In this document: positions 28,390-42,181 of the stretch, piece after piece
Layout of the letters: every line of letters begins with the position of its first letter
How positions within the stretch are numbered: position 1 is the first letter of the stretch
DNA from: an uncultured Chloroflexia bacterium
GTDB lineage: Bacteria > Chloroflexota > Limnocylindria > Limnocylindrales > CSP1-4
NCBI GenBank assembly: GCA_963752475.1
Contig: CAVVYR010000006.1
Location: forward strand, 192,001-256,000
Length of the DNA: 64,000 bases
Reading direction: 5' to 3'
Position numbers and translations under genes: made by a program
The notes under the pieces: generated by a model
Databases searched by the model: none
Told to the model about the DNA's origin: nothing
The model's input: only the letters and a program-made list of their open reading frames with translations

Positions 28390-29724
28390 TCAGGCAGGGA
28401 GCTCGAGCACGGCCCCGAGGTCGCGCAGTCGGTCCTGCAGGATGGCGGTGTCGACCTCGCGCGGCTCGGCGTCGGACTCGACCGCGAGGGCCGCGGCCGA
28501 TCCCGCAGCCTGGCCCATCGACATCGTCTGGCCCATCGAGCGCACCGAGGCGTGGGCATCGTGCGTCGCGCTGAAGCAGCGGCCGGCGACGAGGGTGTTG
28601 CTGCTGTCTCGCACCACGAGCGTGCGGTAGGGGATGCCCACGACCTCGCCGTCGGGCAGGTACTGCCACTTGGTGTCGGCGCCCGGGTGGTGGTCCTCGA
28701 GGGGCGCGCCACAGAGGCCCACCTCGTCGTCGAAGCGACGAGCGCCCAGGACGTCGTCCCGTGTCAGGCGGTAGTCGCCGAAGACCCGGCGGGTCTCCCG
28801 CACGCCGATCTGCGACGAGAGCGCCACCAGGGAGGCCTCGGCATAGCCCGGGACCTTGTCGATGAGGAAACGGGCGTACTCCATGGCCTGGCGCCGACCG
28901 GCCATCTCCGCCTCGGCCAGCAGGACCGGATCGGTGGCGTTGATGACCTCGCCGTCCTGCTCCCGATACGACGGCAGCCGGGTCATGATCGTGGCGGTCA
29001 TGCCATCGATGGGCGTGATGTGATCCGAGCCCTCGCGTCGGGGCAGGTCGTAGTCGCCCGAGTCCGCGGCTTGGCCCATGAGCGCGTGCATCTCGGCGGT
29101 GGTGATGGCCTTGCGCGCGGGAACGTCGACGTTGACCATGCGGAAGGACGTGGTCAGCGTCTGGGCCGGATCCTGTGCTCCAGCCAGCTCGTAGCCGAAG
29201 CCGGCGTGGTGCGTGAGATCGGCATCGCCGCTGGCGTCGATGAAGACGCGGCCGCCTACGCGAGCGAGCCCGGCCTTGGTGGCCACCAGCAGCTCGTCGA
29301 CCCGCCCGTCGCTCACGCTCACGTCCTGCACGAACGAGTGCAGCAGCACGCGCACGCCTGCGTCGCTGACGAGTCGCTCCCAGACGAGCTTGAGGTGCTC
29401 GGCGTTGTAGGTCACGCCGGTGCCGGCGCCATAGGTGTTGGGTCGCTCGACCACGGGCCCCAGGGCACGCAGGCCGGCAACGACATCGTCAGGCACCCCG
29501 CCGGCGATCTTGAGCGAGCGGCTGCCGGGGGTGTAGAAGCCGTAGAACGTATCCAGCACGGCCGTGCTGGTGCCGCCGAGAAAGGCCTGCTTCTCGATGA
29601 GCACGACCGAGGCGCCGCCTCGAGCGGCGGCGATCGCGGCCGACGAACCGGCCGTACCCGAACCGACGACGACGACGTCGGCCTCGGCCAGCAGCGGGGG
29701 ATCGATGGTCACGCGCGCGCCCAT
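28390..29724 (-). CDS. FAD-dependent oxidoreductase
   Basis: VVVGSGTAG..AARGGA..LIEK..LGG, FIDASGDADL, GVRETRR, IPYRTL, AGRCFS. Confidence 0.88.
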   Translation of the reverse strand: MGARVTIDPPLLAEADVVVVGSGTAGSSAAIAAARGGASVVLIEKQAFLGGTSTAVLDTFYGFYTPGSRSLKIAGGVPDDVVAGLRALGPVVERPNTYGAGTGVTYNAEHLKLVWERLVSDAGVRVLLHSFVQDVSVSDGRVDELLVATKAGLARVGGRVFIDASGDADLTHHAGFGYELAGAQDPAQTLTTSFRMVNVDVPARKAITTAEMHALMGQAADSGDYDLPRREGSDHITPIDGMTATIMTRLPSYREQDGEVINATDPVLLAEAEMAGRRQAMEYARFLIDKVPGYAEASLVALSSQIGVRETRRVFGDYRLTRDDVLGARRFDDEVGLCGAPLEDHHPGADTKWQYLPDGEVVGIPYRTLVVRDSSNTLVAGRCFSATHDAHASVRSMGQTMSMGQAAGSAAALAVESDAEPREVDTAILQDRLRDLGAVLELPA

Positions 29725-30536
29725 CAGGCCTCGTCCCAGGACTCCGGCACCGCGATGGCGCCATCGCCGTCGTAGGCCAGCTGGACGCGCCGGAAGTACT
29801 CCTCGTAGACGTTCTCCAGCTGCCCCGCACCGACATCGTCACCCACGAAGTGCGGGCTGGTCAGCACGGTGGGCACGACCCCGCGCTCGACCATCAGCTC
29901 GGCGGTGCGGGTCTTGAGCGCGTTGACCACGGCGATGGCACCGATGGAGCTCACCGGCCCGACCTTGAAGGGCACGCCCTCGATCTCGGTGACGGCATCG
30001 CCGGGCGGGCTGCAGTTGTCGATGGTGACGTCGGCGATCTCGGCCAGCTTCCTGCCGGACGGATGACGCGAAGGCGTGGCCTCGGTGTGCTGCAGCGAGG
30101 TCACGGCCACGACCTGCAGACCCATGGCCTTGGCCAGCAGCGCGACCTCGACGACGGTGCCGTTGATGCCGGTGGAGCTGAAGATGAGGAAGCTGTCGCC
30201 GGGGTGGATCTTGAACTGCTGCAGGATGATGCGCGCGAAGCCCGGGACCTTCTCCAGGTACATCGCCTGGCGCAGGCCGTTGGGGCCGACGACTCCGACG
30301 TGGTTCGAGAGCGCCAGCTCGGCGATGGGGTGGAAGCCGGGGTAGGAACCGATGCGCGGGAACATCTCCTCGGTGTTCATGCGCGAGTGGCCCGAGCCGA
30401 AGACGTGGACCAGGCGGTCGGCCGCGATCGAGTCAGCGAACACGGTGCTGGCGGCGTCGATGGCCTCGGTCTGGGTCGTGGCGACTTGCTCGAGCACGTC
30501 TCGGGCGGATGCCAGCCAGCGGTCGGATGCGGTCAC
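29724..30536 (-). CDS. SIS-domain (sugar isomerase) protein
   Basis: VFGSGHS, FSSTGIN, VAVTS, SRHPSGRKL, IDNCSPPGDA. Confidence 0.85.
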   Translation of the reverse strand: MTASDRWLASARDVLEQVATTQTEAIDAASTVFADSIAADRLVHVFGSGHSRMNTEEMFPRIGSYPGFHPIAELALSNHVGVVGPNGLRQAMYLEKVPGFARIILQQFKIHPGDSFLIFSSTGINGTVVEVALLAKAMGLQVVAVTSLQHTEATPSRHPSGRKLAEIADVTIDNCSPPGDAVTEIEGVPFKVGPVSSIGAIAVVNALKTRTAELMVERGVVPTVLTSPHFVGDDVGAGQLENVYEEYFRRVQLAYDGDGAIAVPESWDEA

Positions 30537-31343
30537 TCAGTGCCTCCTGATGTTGGTGCTGCCGGGCTCGCGCGAGTACCGGCGCGTGGTGCTGTCAGAC
30601 GCCGTTCGCGAGCGGCGGTCGGTGGGTCTCTCCACCGTGCGCTTGTAGATGTAGCGGGATCGGTCACCGCGCAGCAGGACGTGGCCGAGCGCGACCACGA
30701 CTCCGTTGGCATCGGTCGTGATACGGCGCGTGAGCAGCGCCGTGGTGTGCTGCGGAACCTCCAGCAGTTCGCACTCTCGCGGCGTGAGGATGACCGGCTC
30801 GAGCGTCTCCTGGGCCTCGGCCACGGTGCGGCCGTAATCGGTCTCGAGCACGTCATAGAGCGAGCGCTGCTCGAAGTCGACCGTCTCGACCCCCGGGAAC
30901 AGGTCCGCGCGCAGGTGGGCCGTGTCGAGCACCATGGGCTCACCGTCACCGATGCGCAGGCGCTCGATGAAGACGACCTTCTCACCGGGCAGGCAGGCGA
31001 GGTCCGAAGCGAGCTGTCGGCCGGCCTCGAGGACCTCGACGCCCACGACCCGCGTCGACATCCGGATGCCGTAGGCCTCCATGGCGTCGCGGATGGAGAA
31101 GACGCCCACGATCGGCAGCTGGACCCGCGGCTTGGTCACGAAGGTGCCCCGGCCTCGATGTCGCGTGATCAGGCCCCGCTGCTCGAGCTCGTCGAGGGCC
31201 TGGCGCAGGGTAGCGCGGGAGACGCCGAAGTCGCCACATAGCTGCCGTTCTGCGGGCAACCGGTCGCCCTCCTCCCAGCCACCCGATGAGATGCGGTCTT
31301 CCATCTGGCTGGCGATGAGCGAATAGAGCGGTTCGTCCGGCAT
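30537..31343 (-). CDS. GntR-family (HutC/UTRA) transcriptional regulator
   Basis: [32 protein letters not shown] and a UTRA domain (SLYDVL); AAGGAGG RBS. Confidence 0.92.
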   Translation of the reverse strand: MPDEPLYSLIASQMEDRISSGGWEEGDRLPAERQLCGDFGVSRATLRQALDELEQRGLITRHRGRGTFVTKPRVQLPIVGVFSIRDAMEAYGIRMSTRVVGVEVLEAGRQLASDLACLPGEKVVFIERLRIGDGEPMVLDTAHLRADLFPGVETVDFEQRSLYDVLETDYGRTVAEAQETLEPVILTPRECELLEVPQHTTALLTRRITTDANGVVVALGHVLLRGDRSRYIYKRTVERPTDRRSRTASDSTTRRYSREPGSTNIRRH

Positions 31344-31382
31344 TGCACCCTCCTTACGCTCGATCGTAGCATCGATTGGCAT

Positions 31383-31400
31383 GATTGGTCCATACCAATC
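31383..31400. promoter_or_regulatory. Palindromic operator GATTGGT-CCAT-ACCAATC (DasR/NagR dre-like)
   Basis: Perfect 7-bp arms 40 nt upstream of the GntR gene, in the divergent GntR/metH intergenic region. Confidence 0.65.
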
Positions 31401-31484
31401 CGCGCGTGGCACTCCGGCTATCATGCCTGCACGCTGCGGTGGCACGGGGCCAGGGTCGCGGAGACAAGAGGAAGAGCAGAGCAC

Positions 31485-35216
<3,732 letters not shown>

Positions 35217-35261
35217 ACCCAGCCGTGCGCCAGGAGCTGATCGGCTTGGGCAAGCGGCTCG

Positions 35262-36167
35262 TCAGTGACGAGCGACCTGCCCGACAGCGGTCAGGAACCG
35301 GCGGTAGCTGCCGATGGTTGGGTTGTTGGGCGTCAGGATCCAGCTGAGATCTCCGGCGCCCGTGCTGATGATGAGGTGGACCGGCGATGACTCGGCTTCG
35401 TCGGGACCCCAGTCCCAGTCCACCTCGGTGATGTTGCCCAGCGGGAGCCAGGTCTCCGAGCGGCCGTAGACCGACTGCCAGCGATAGGCATAGGGCTGGC
35501 CGCGGTCGATGACCCGCAGCTCACGTCCATCCGAGAGGTGGAGGGACTCCAGCAGCCGCTTGGCCACGAGGCCGAAGAGGAGGCGACGCAAGGGACTCTC
35601 CTCGAGGGCGCCCATGGCTGTGTCCGCCTGCGCAGCCACCGGCTGCATGCCCGAGCCGGCCGCCAGCTCGTCGCGTAGCAGCCGCTCGAAGTAGAAGCTC
35701 AGCTCCGTGGCTGAGACCGGCTCCAGCTCCACAGGTAGCGGATCGGCGCTGGGCAGATAGCGCTCGCGGATGATGTCCACGAGACGCCGCATGATGTCGC
35801 CGGACACGGTGTTGAAGGGCAGGTCGTAGTTCTCCGCCGCGACGCCCAGGTGGACGGTGCCGCGCAGCAGCTCCTCACGCATGGACAGGTGCCGCACGTC
35901 GCGGTAGCGGATCGTGCGCACCCGGACCTCGTGCTCGATCCGCTCGAGTACGACCATGTCCTCCTCGTAGAGGCTGACCATGTAGTCGTACAGGTCCATG
36001 CCCGGGTGCGCTTCACGGCGCGAGATCTTGCGCGGGATCTTGACCGCGAGCAAGGGTGCCTCGCTTCGGTCCAGGTGCGGCACGAAGAGTGGCGGGGGTG
36101 GGTCCTCGTCGCTGATCTCGACGACCCACGGTCCGAAACGATCGTACTCGGGATCACGCTTGTTCAT
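35262..36167 (-). CDS. Hypothetical protein
   Basis: ORF with GC-biased codon usage, ATG overlapping the metC stop, GGAGG RBS. Confidence 0.7.
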   Translation of the reverse strand: MNKRDPEYDRFGPWVVEISDEDPPPPLFVPHLDRSEAPLLAVKIPRKISRREAHPGMDLYDYMVSLYEEDMVVLERIEHEVRVRTIRYRDVRHLSMREELLRGTVHLGVAAENYDLPFNTVSGDIMRRLVDIIRERYLPSADPLPVELEPVSATELSFYFERLLRDELAAGSGMQPVAAQADTAMGALEESPLRRLLFGLVAKRLLESLHLSDGRELRVIDRGQPYAYRWQSVYGRSETWLPLGNITEVDWDWGPDEAESSPVHLIISTGAGDLSWILTPNNPTIGSYRRFLTAVGQVARH

Positions 36168-37315
36168 AGTCCCTCCAAGGCGCTGGCCAAGTCGCCGATG
36201 AGGTCTTCCGGATCCTCCAAGCCTATGTGGAATCGTACCAGCCGCCCCTCGTCCGGCTGGTGGTGGAGCCCGCGACGAGCCTGGGGCACGGCCGGCAGGA
36301 CGAGGCTCTCGAAGCCGCCCCAGCTGGCGCCCAGGCCGAAGAGCTCGAGTGACTCGATGAACCTCGCGTAGGCCGTTTCGTCGCAGGCGCGCAGCTCGAT
36401 GGAGAAGAGACCCGGAGCACCGCTGAACTGCGCTCGCCACAAGCCGTGGTCGGGGTCCGAGGGGAGGGCCGGGTAGAGCACGCGCACGACCTCTGGCCGC
36501 GACTCGAGCCAACCGGCGACCTCGAGCGCATTGGACTGGTGGCGGTCGAGGCGCACGCTCAGGGTGCGCAGCCCGCGCAGGCCGAGCCAGCAGACATCAG
36601 GGGCCGCAGTCGAGCCGAAGTGCACGCACCACTCGCGTGTGGGCGCAAGGGCGTCATAGGTGCCGGTGGTGAGGCCCAGCATCACGTCGCTGTGGCCGCC
36701 GATGTACTTGGTTCCAGCGTGGATCGAGATGTCGATGCCGAGCGCGTGGGCGTCGAAGAAGCGGGGTGTGCCCCAAGTCGAGTCGCAGGCGAGGGGAGCG
36801 CCGACCCGGTGGGCGATCCGAGCCGCTCGTCCGACGTCGATCATGCGCATCGTGCCGGAGGTCGGGACCTCGATGAAGACGAGGCCCGTGTCGTCGGCGG
36901 CGAGGGCGTCGAGCTCCTCGATCGTCTCGAAGAACCGGAGGTCGACGCGGTCGGCCAGCTCCTGCTCGGCGAAGACCCGAGCGGGCTCGTAGACATCGCC
37001 CTGGATGAGCATGCGGCTGCCGGGCCTGGCATGGGCCGAGAGCGTGGCCGCGATGGCCGAGAGGCCCGAGGCGGTGGCGATGCACGACTCGGTGTTGCAC
37101 AGCTCGGCCATGGCCGTCTGCAGCTCGAACTGCGTGCTGGTGCCGTAGATACCGTAGCGCGGCGTCTCGAAGGGTACGTCGCCCCGGGCCTCGCGCAGCT
37201 GATCGAGCGAGTCGAAGAGGATGGTGCTGGCACGGGCCACGGGCGGGTTCACGGTGCGGTGTCCCTGTGCCGATTCGCGCCCGAGATGGGCGAGCTTGGT
37301 GTCGAACCGGGTCAT
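36164..37315 (-). CDS. metC: Cystathionine beta-lyase (Cys/Met metabolism PLP enzyme)
   Basis: VNPPVARASTILF, YGIYGT, SGLSAI, DSTWGTP, AGTKYIGGHSD, FGLGASWGGFESL. Confidence 0.82.
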   Translation of the reverse strand: MTRFDTKLAHLGRESAQGHRTVNPPVARASTILFDSLDQLREARGDVPFETPRYGIYGTSTQFELQTAMAELCNTESCIATASGLSAIAATLSAHARPGSRMLIQGDVYEPARVFAEQELADRVDLRFFETIEELDALAADDTGLVFIEVPTSGTMRMIDVGRAARIAHRVGAPLACDSTWGTPRFFDAHALGIDISIHAGTKYIGGHSDVMLGLTTGTYDALAPTREWCVHFGSTAAPDVCWLGLRGLRTLSVRLDRHQSNALEVAGWLESRPEVVRVLYPALPSDPDHGLWRAQFSGAPGLFSIELRACDETAYARFIESLELFGLGASWGGFESLVLPAVPQARRGLHHQPDEGRLVRFHIGLEDPEDLIGDLASALEGL

Positions 37316-38274
37316 GTGCCCATCCTGACGGGCACCTCGAATCCATGCCATTCGTCGAGCGCTTCCACGAAGCCTCGCCCGCGGCAGATCCGCGACCCCG
37401 CCTCGCACGCCATGGCGGCCGCCTCGCGCGGCTCCCAGCCACGAGCCAGGGCGACGGCGAAGGCGGCATCGAAGGCGTCGCCGGCACCGACGGTGTCGAC
37501 CAGCTCGTCGACCGGAACGGTCGGCGCCGGGACCCATGCGGAAGGCTGGCCGGGACGTGCCAGCAGCACACCGGCTGGGCCGGCGGTGAGCGCGACGGCA
37601 TGTGCGCCTCGTCTCACGATCTCCTCGGCTAGTGCCTCCAAGTCGTCCGCGTCGGCACCGCCGCCGCCGGCCTTGGGATCGAAGCCCAGGCCCGCGAGGC
37701 CCGCGGCCTCCGACTCGTTGGGCGTGACCCAGTCGGCCAGGGGCAGGACCTGGGCACTCACCGACTGGGGCGGAGCCGGCGCTGGGTCGAGGATGGTGGT
37801 GATACCCGCTGCGCGAGCCAGCCGCAACGCTTCGAGGGCTGCTCCGTGGTCGATCTCGAGGCTGATGATGCAGACGTCGGCGGCAGCGATGAGGGGCGCG
37901 TGTGTGCGGACCTGCTCGGGCGTGAGGCGGGCGAGTGCGCCGGGCGCGATGGTGATGCGGTTCTCGCCGGCACGGTCGACCATGACCGCGCCGACCATGG
38001 TGGCCGCGTCAGGCTGGACGATGACCGCGCGGGTGTCGACGCCGTGGACTCGCAGTGGCCCGGTCACCAGCGGCTCGAAGACGTCCGTGCCGACGGCCGT
38101 GATGATGGCCGCCTCCGCCCCGAGTGCGACCGCGCCGATGGCCTGGTTGGAGGCCTTGCCGCCGTTGATGGTGCTGACATCGTCGGCGAAGGCGGTCTCG
38201 CCGGGACCGGCCGGGCGTTCCACATCGAAGACGATGCCGAGGCCGGCTCCACCGATGGTGACGATGAGGGTCAT
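37312..38274 (-). CDS. Ribokinase-like PfkB kinase
   Basis: GGKASNQA, GENRI, ILDPAP, TPNESEA, VDTVGAGDAF. Confidence 0.85.
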   Translation of the reverse strand: MTLIVTIGGAGLGIVFDVERPAGPGETAFADDVSTINGGKASNQAIGAVALGAEAAIITAVGTDVFEPLVTGPLRVHGVDTRAVIVQPDAATMVGAVMVDRAGENRITIAPGALARLTPEQVRTHAPLIAAADVCIISLEIDHGAALEALRLARAAGITTILDPAPAPPQSVSAQVLPLADWVTPNESEAAGLAGLGFDPKAGGGGADADDLEALAEEIVRRGAHAVALTAGPAGVLLARPGQPSAWVPAPTVPVDELVDTVGAGDAFDAAFAVALARGWEPREAAAMACEAGSRICRGRGFVEALDEWHGFEVPVRMGT

Positions 38275-38343
38275 GGATCCATCATCGAAGAAGTGAAGCC
38301 ACGACGAAGCGGCCGATAAGCGGTCATCGGCAGGCTCTTCGGC

Positions 38344-39078
38344 ATGGATGACCTGCGTGTCGGCGCCGCCTTTCGTGCCGTTCGTATCCGTCGGCGCTGG
38401 CGCCAGTCCGACGTTGCCGCCCGTGCCGGCCTCTCACAGTCCCTCGTGTCTCTCGTGGAACGCGGCCACCTCGATCGCGTCTCACTGAGTGTGCTCCGCA
38501 GGCTCGGCAGCGTCCTGGACATCCGGATCGACATCCTGCCTCGCTGGCGGGGTGGGGCCCTGGACCGCATGCTGGCGGCGGGACACTCACTGCTGGCAGA
38601 GGATGTGGCGGCCAGCTTCGCCCGCTATGGCGGATGGCTGCTTGCTCCCGAGGTCTCGTTCTCGATCTACGGCGAGCGTGGGGTCATCGACTTGCTGGCC
38701 TTCCATCCTGCGAGCGGTGCCCTGCTCGTGATCGAGCTCAAGACCACCATCGTCGATGTGAACGAGCTGGTCGGCACGATCGACCGCAAGACCAGGCTGG
38801 CCGCCCGCATCGCCGCCGATCGGGGATGGCAGGCACGCTCAGTGAGCCGGTGGGTCATCGTCTCCCGCGGTTCCACGAACAGCCGACGCATCGCGGCTCA
38901 CCGAGCGGTGCTCGGCGCCGCGTTCCCGGACGACGGTCGAGTGGTACGGAGTTGGCTCGGGTCACCGGGCCGCGCGCTCAGCGCCTTGTCTACCTGGTCA
39001 GTCACCACTGCGAGTGGTCGTAGGCGCACGTCGGGCGAGCGCGTACGGCTGGATCGGCGTGGTTCCGCGACTGGTTGA
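38344..39078 (+). CDS. XRE-family HTH protein fused to a PD-(D/E)XK-like domain
   Basis: RRRWRQSDVAARAGLSQSLVSLVERG HTH; PEVSF..GVIDLLAF..LVIELKT. Confidence 0.75.
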   Translation: MDDLRVGAAFRAVRIRRRWRQSDVAARAGLSQSLVSLVERGHLDRVSLSVLRRLGSVLDIRIDILPRWRGGALDRMLAAGHSLLAEDVAASFARYGGWLLAPEVSFSIYGERGVIDLLAFHPASGALLVIELKTTIVDVNELVGTIDRKTRLAARIAADRGWQARSVSRWVIVSRGSTNSRRIAAHRAVLGAAFPDDGRVVRSWLGSPGRALSALSTWSVTTASGRRRTSGERVRLDRRGSATG

Positions 39079-39243
39079 GCGTGAGACCAGGCGCGACCCG
39101 GACCAACGGAGGCACTCGGAGGTCTTCCGGGTAGCGTCCGAGCGCCTACGACCACCCGGAGTCGTGGTTGAGATAGAAGCGGGGCGCAACGACGATCACG
39201 GGGTGTCGCAGCCCGGAGCACGTGCGTTCCGTACCATCTGGGC

Positions 39244-40482
39244 ATGAACGGGACGCCCACTGACGATCTTGCTCCGCGCCGGGACGAGATCGGCTTCCTT
39301 GCCGACGTCGCTCACCTGGTCGCATCTGCACGCACGTGGGAGGACCTCATGGGCACCGTCATCGACCGTGCCCGCGCCGCCGCCCGTGCGGATGTCTGCT
39401 CGCTCTATCTCACCGATCGCGACGGCAGTGGCCTGACGCTCGCGGCCACCAACGGGCTCGATCAGCACGCGGTTGGCGTGGCCCGCCTTGGGATGGGGCA
39501 GGGCATCACCGGCTTGGCGGCCCAGGCCCAGATCACCATCGTCAGCCCGGACGTCCATGATGACGAACGCTTCGCCTGGATCCGCGGCCTCGACGAGGAG
39601 CGCCTGACCTCGTTCTGCTCGGTGCCGCTGGTGTGGGAGGAGCAGGTGGTCGGGGTGCTCAACGTCCAGACCGCCGAGCATCGCGACTTCCGACCATCCG
39701 ACATCGGGTTCCTCGAGGCGCTCGCGGGTCTGCTCGCCGGCCTCGTCGAGAAGAGCCGGCTCCATGCCGAGGCCGAAGCCCAGCTCGAACAGCTCCGCGC
39801 CATCGACGAAGCGAGAGCCAACCTCGTGGCCGTCGTGACCCACGCGCTGCGGACACCGCTGGCCGTCGTGCGCGCCTACGTGGAGTTGCTCGGCGGCGCC
39901 GCCGCGGGCACCGGCGACGAGCAGGTCGTGAGCTGGGAGAGAGAGGCGCTGACACAGGTCGATCGTCTCGATGAGACCGTCGACAGCATCCTCGACAGCC
40001 TCCGTGTCATGCCCGATGCGCCGACCGAGCTGGTGCCCATCGACCTCGCAGCCGAGGTCAGCGCCGTCGTGAATGAACTGAAGCCGATGCTGCGAGGTCG
40101 CGAACTTCGCGTCTCCGTCCGTGACGAGCCGCTCGTGGCCCTGGCTTCGCCCGAGGAGCTCCACCGGCTCCTGGGCTACCTGCTCGAGAACGCTTCGAAG
40201 TACGCACCCGTTGGTGGTGCCATCGATATCTACGGCTGGCGCGACGGCGATGGTGCGTACGTCGCTGTCACCGACGACGGCCCGGGCATCCCCAAAGAGT
40301 GGCGCGAACGCATCTTCGAACCCTTCGTGCGCCTCGACGACTCTCCCCGCGGCTCCGGCATCGGCCTCTTCGCGGCACGCCGTCTGGGTCGGGCCATGGA
40401 AGGGGAGCTGACCGTCGAGCCGCGGAAGCCGTTCGGCTCGCAGTTCGTGCTGCGCCTCAAGTTCGTCGGTTCCGCCCGCTAG
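39244..40482 (+). CDS. GAF-domain sensor histidine kinase (soluble)
   Basis: GAF (CSLYL..LAATNGL..GQGITG..VPL..VGVLNVQ), H-box THALRTPL, N-box LENASKY, DDGPGI, GSGIGL. Confidence 0.9.
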   Translation: MNGTPTDDLAPRRDEIGFLADVAHLVASARTWEDLMGTVIDRARAAARADVCSLYLTDRDGSGLTLAATNGLDQHAVGVARLGMGQGITGLAAQAQITIVSPDVHDDERFAWIRGLDEERLTSFCSVPLVWEEQVVGVLNVQTAEHRDFRPSDIGFLEALAGLLAGLVEKSRLHAEAEAQLEQLRAIDEARANLVAVVTHALRTPLAVVRAYVELLGGAAAGTGDEQVVSWEREALTQVDRLDETVDSILDSLRVMPDAPTELVPIDLAAEVSAVVNELKPMLRGRELRVSVRDEPLVALASPEELHRLLGYLLENASKYAPVGGAIDIYGWRDGDGAYVAVTDDGPGIPKEWRERIFEPFVRLDDSPRGSGIGLFAARRLGRAMEGELTVEPRKPFGSQFVLRLKFVGSAR

Positions 40483-40557
40483 GCGAGCAACGGCGGCCGG
40501 CGGCACTCGCCGCCCGGGTCGCCCGCGACCGGCAACGCTCGGCCACCCGAGCACAGC

Positions 40558-40593
40558 CGACGGCCCGCGAGTTGGGAGCCTCGCGGGCCGTCG
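40558..40593. terminator. 14-bp perfect hairpin between convergent HK and amt genes
   Basis: CGACGGCCCGCGAG-N8-CTCGCGGGCCGTCG; no U-tract. Confidence 0.5.
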
Positions 40594-40685
40594 TACCGGA
40601 TCCGTGTCGGTCCACCGAGGCGGACTCGACGCGTGTGGTCTCGAGAGGAGCGGTCTCGATCCGACCGACACTCCCTGGTGTCGAT

Positions 40686-41978
40686 CTAGGCGGGCTCTGC
40701 CTCCGCCGCGGCGGCTGGAGCCTGTGGGGCGGCGGTCGCGGCGCTGGTGCCGTCGGCGGTGCCGGCCCACGGGACGTAGGCGGTCTCGCCGTGGACGGCC
40801 ACGTCCAGACCAGCTTCCTCTTCTGCCTGTGGAACGCGCAGGCCGATCACGATATCGATGACCTTGATGATGATGAAGGTCCCGATGGCCGCAAAGGCGA
40901 TGGTGAAGACGGTGGCCACGACCTGGATCACCAGCTGCTCGGCGTTGCCGTCGATCAGGCCGGAGACGCCACCGATGGCGGCGACGGCGAAGATGCCCGT
41001 GCCGACCGCGCCCCACATGCCGCCGACGCCGTGGACGGCGAAGACGTCGAGGGAGTCGTCGATCGAGAGGCGCTCGCGGAGGAGCGTGACGCCGAAGCAG
41101 GCCGCACCGGCGACGAGACCGAGGACCAGCGCCCCGCCGACCTCGACGAAGCCGGCCGCCGGAGTGATGGCGACCAGGCCGGCCACGGCACCAGCGGCCG
41201 CGCCCACGACGCTGACCTTGCGGTTGGCCAGATACGAGGCGCCGACCCAGGTCAGGGTTCCGGCAGCAGCGGAGACGGTGGTGACCATGAGGGCCTGAGC
41301 AGCCAGGCCGTTGGCGCCGAGGGCGGAGCCGGCGTTGAAGCCGAACCAGCCGAACCAGAGCAGGCCGGCGCCGAGGACGGTCATGGGCACGTCGTGCGGT
41401 TCGACATGGTGGCCGCGCATACGGCGACCCATGACCAGCGCGACGACGAGAGCGGAGACGCCGGAGGCGATATGGACGACGGTGCCGCCGGCGAAGTCAA
41501 GGGCACCGAGCTCGGCCAGGATGCCGCCACCCCAGACCATGTGGGCCAGCGGGGAGTAGATGAGCAGCGACCAGGCGATGGTGAAGACGACGAAGGCCGC
41601 GAAGCGCTTGCGCTCGGCGAAGGCGCCGCTGATGAGTGCCGGCGTGATGGCCGCGAACATCATCTGGAACGTGGCGAAGAGGACGAATGGGATGGTGCTG
41701 CCCTCGGCGGGCTCCATGCCCACGCCGCTGAAGAAGATGTACTGCAGCGGATCGCCGACGATGCCGGCTCCACCCAGCGAATCACCGAAGGCGAGGCTGA
41801 AGCCGACGACGACCCAGACCACCGTCACGATGGCGAGGCCGAAGAAGCTGTGCATGATGGTCGAAAGGACGTTGTTGGCGCGCACGAGTCCGCCGTAGAA
41901 CAACGCCAGGCCGGGCAGCATCAGCATCACCAATGCTGTCGACATCAGGATCCAAGCGGTATCGCCAGTGTCGATCAT
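40686..41978 (-). CDS. amt: Ammonium transporter
   Basis: DTGDTAW, PGLALFYGG, FQMMFA, DFAGGTVVH, LLWFGWFGFNAGS, DDSLDVFAVHG. Confidence 0.96.
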   Translation of the reverse strand: MIDTGDTAWILMSTALVMLMLPGLALFYGGLVRANNVLSTIMHSFFGLAIVTVVWVVVGFSLAFGDSLGGAGIVGDPLQYIFFSGVGMEPAEGSTIPFVLFATFQMMFAAITPALISGAFAERKRFAAFVVFTIAWSLLIYSPLAHMVWGGGILAELGALDFAGGTVVHIASGVSALVVALVMGRRMRGHHVEPHDVPMTVLGAGLLWFGWFGFNAGSALGANGLAAQALMVTTVSAAAGTLTWVGASYLANRKVSVVGAAAGAVAGLVAITPAAGFVEVGGALVLGLVAGAACFGVTLLRERLSIDDSLDVFAVHGVGGMWGAVGTGIFAVAAIGGVSGLIDGNAEQLVIQVVATVFTIAFAAIGTFIIIKVIDIVIGLRVPQAEEEAGLDVAVHGETAYVPWAGTADGTSAATAAPQAPAAAAEAEPA

Positions 41979-42181
41979 GAGTTCCCTCCTGCGATGGGTT
42001 TGCCCCTCTCTCCGCAGCGGACATCCGGGGTCCACCGCTCCATGTCGAGAACCGTAGGAAGGCTGGGCAGCGAAGTCAGCGACAGCGAGGTCGGGATGTA
42101 GTGGCTCGGGGGTGCATGTTCGGTTGCGGCCCGGTGTCAGCCACGCCGACCTGCGCGGCCCAAGGTTGCGGCCGAGGACGC

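Noticed and set aside
27268-29775. 835-aa plus-strand ORF and similar long antisense ORFs (8905-10596, 12409-14199, 39196-41016, 50956-52992)
   Set aside because: Shadow frames of well-supported genes in a high-GC genome, with no recognisable motifs
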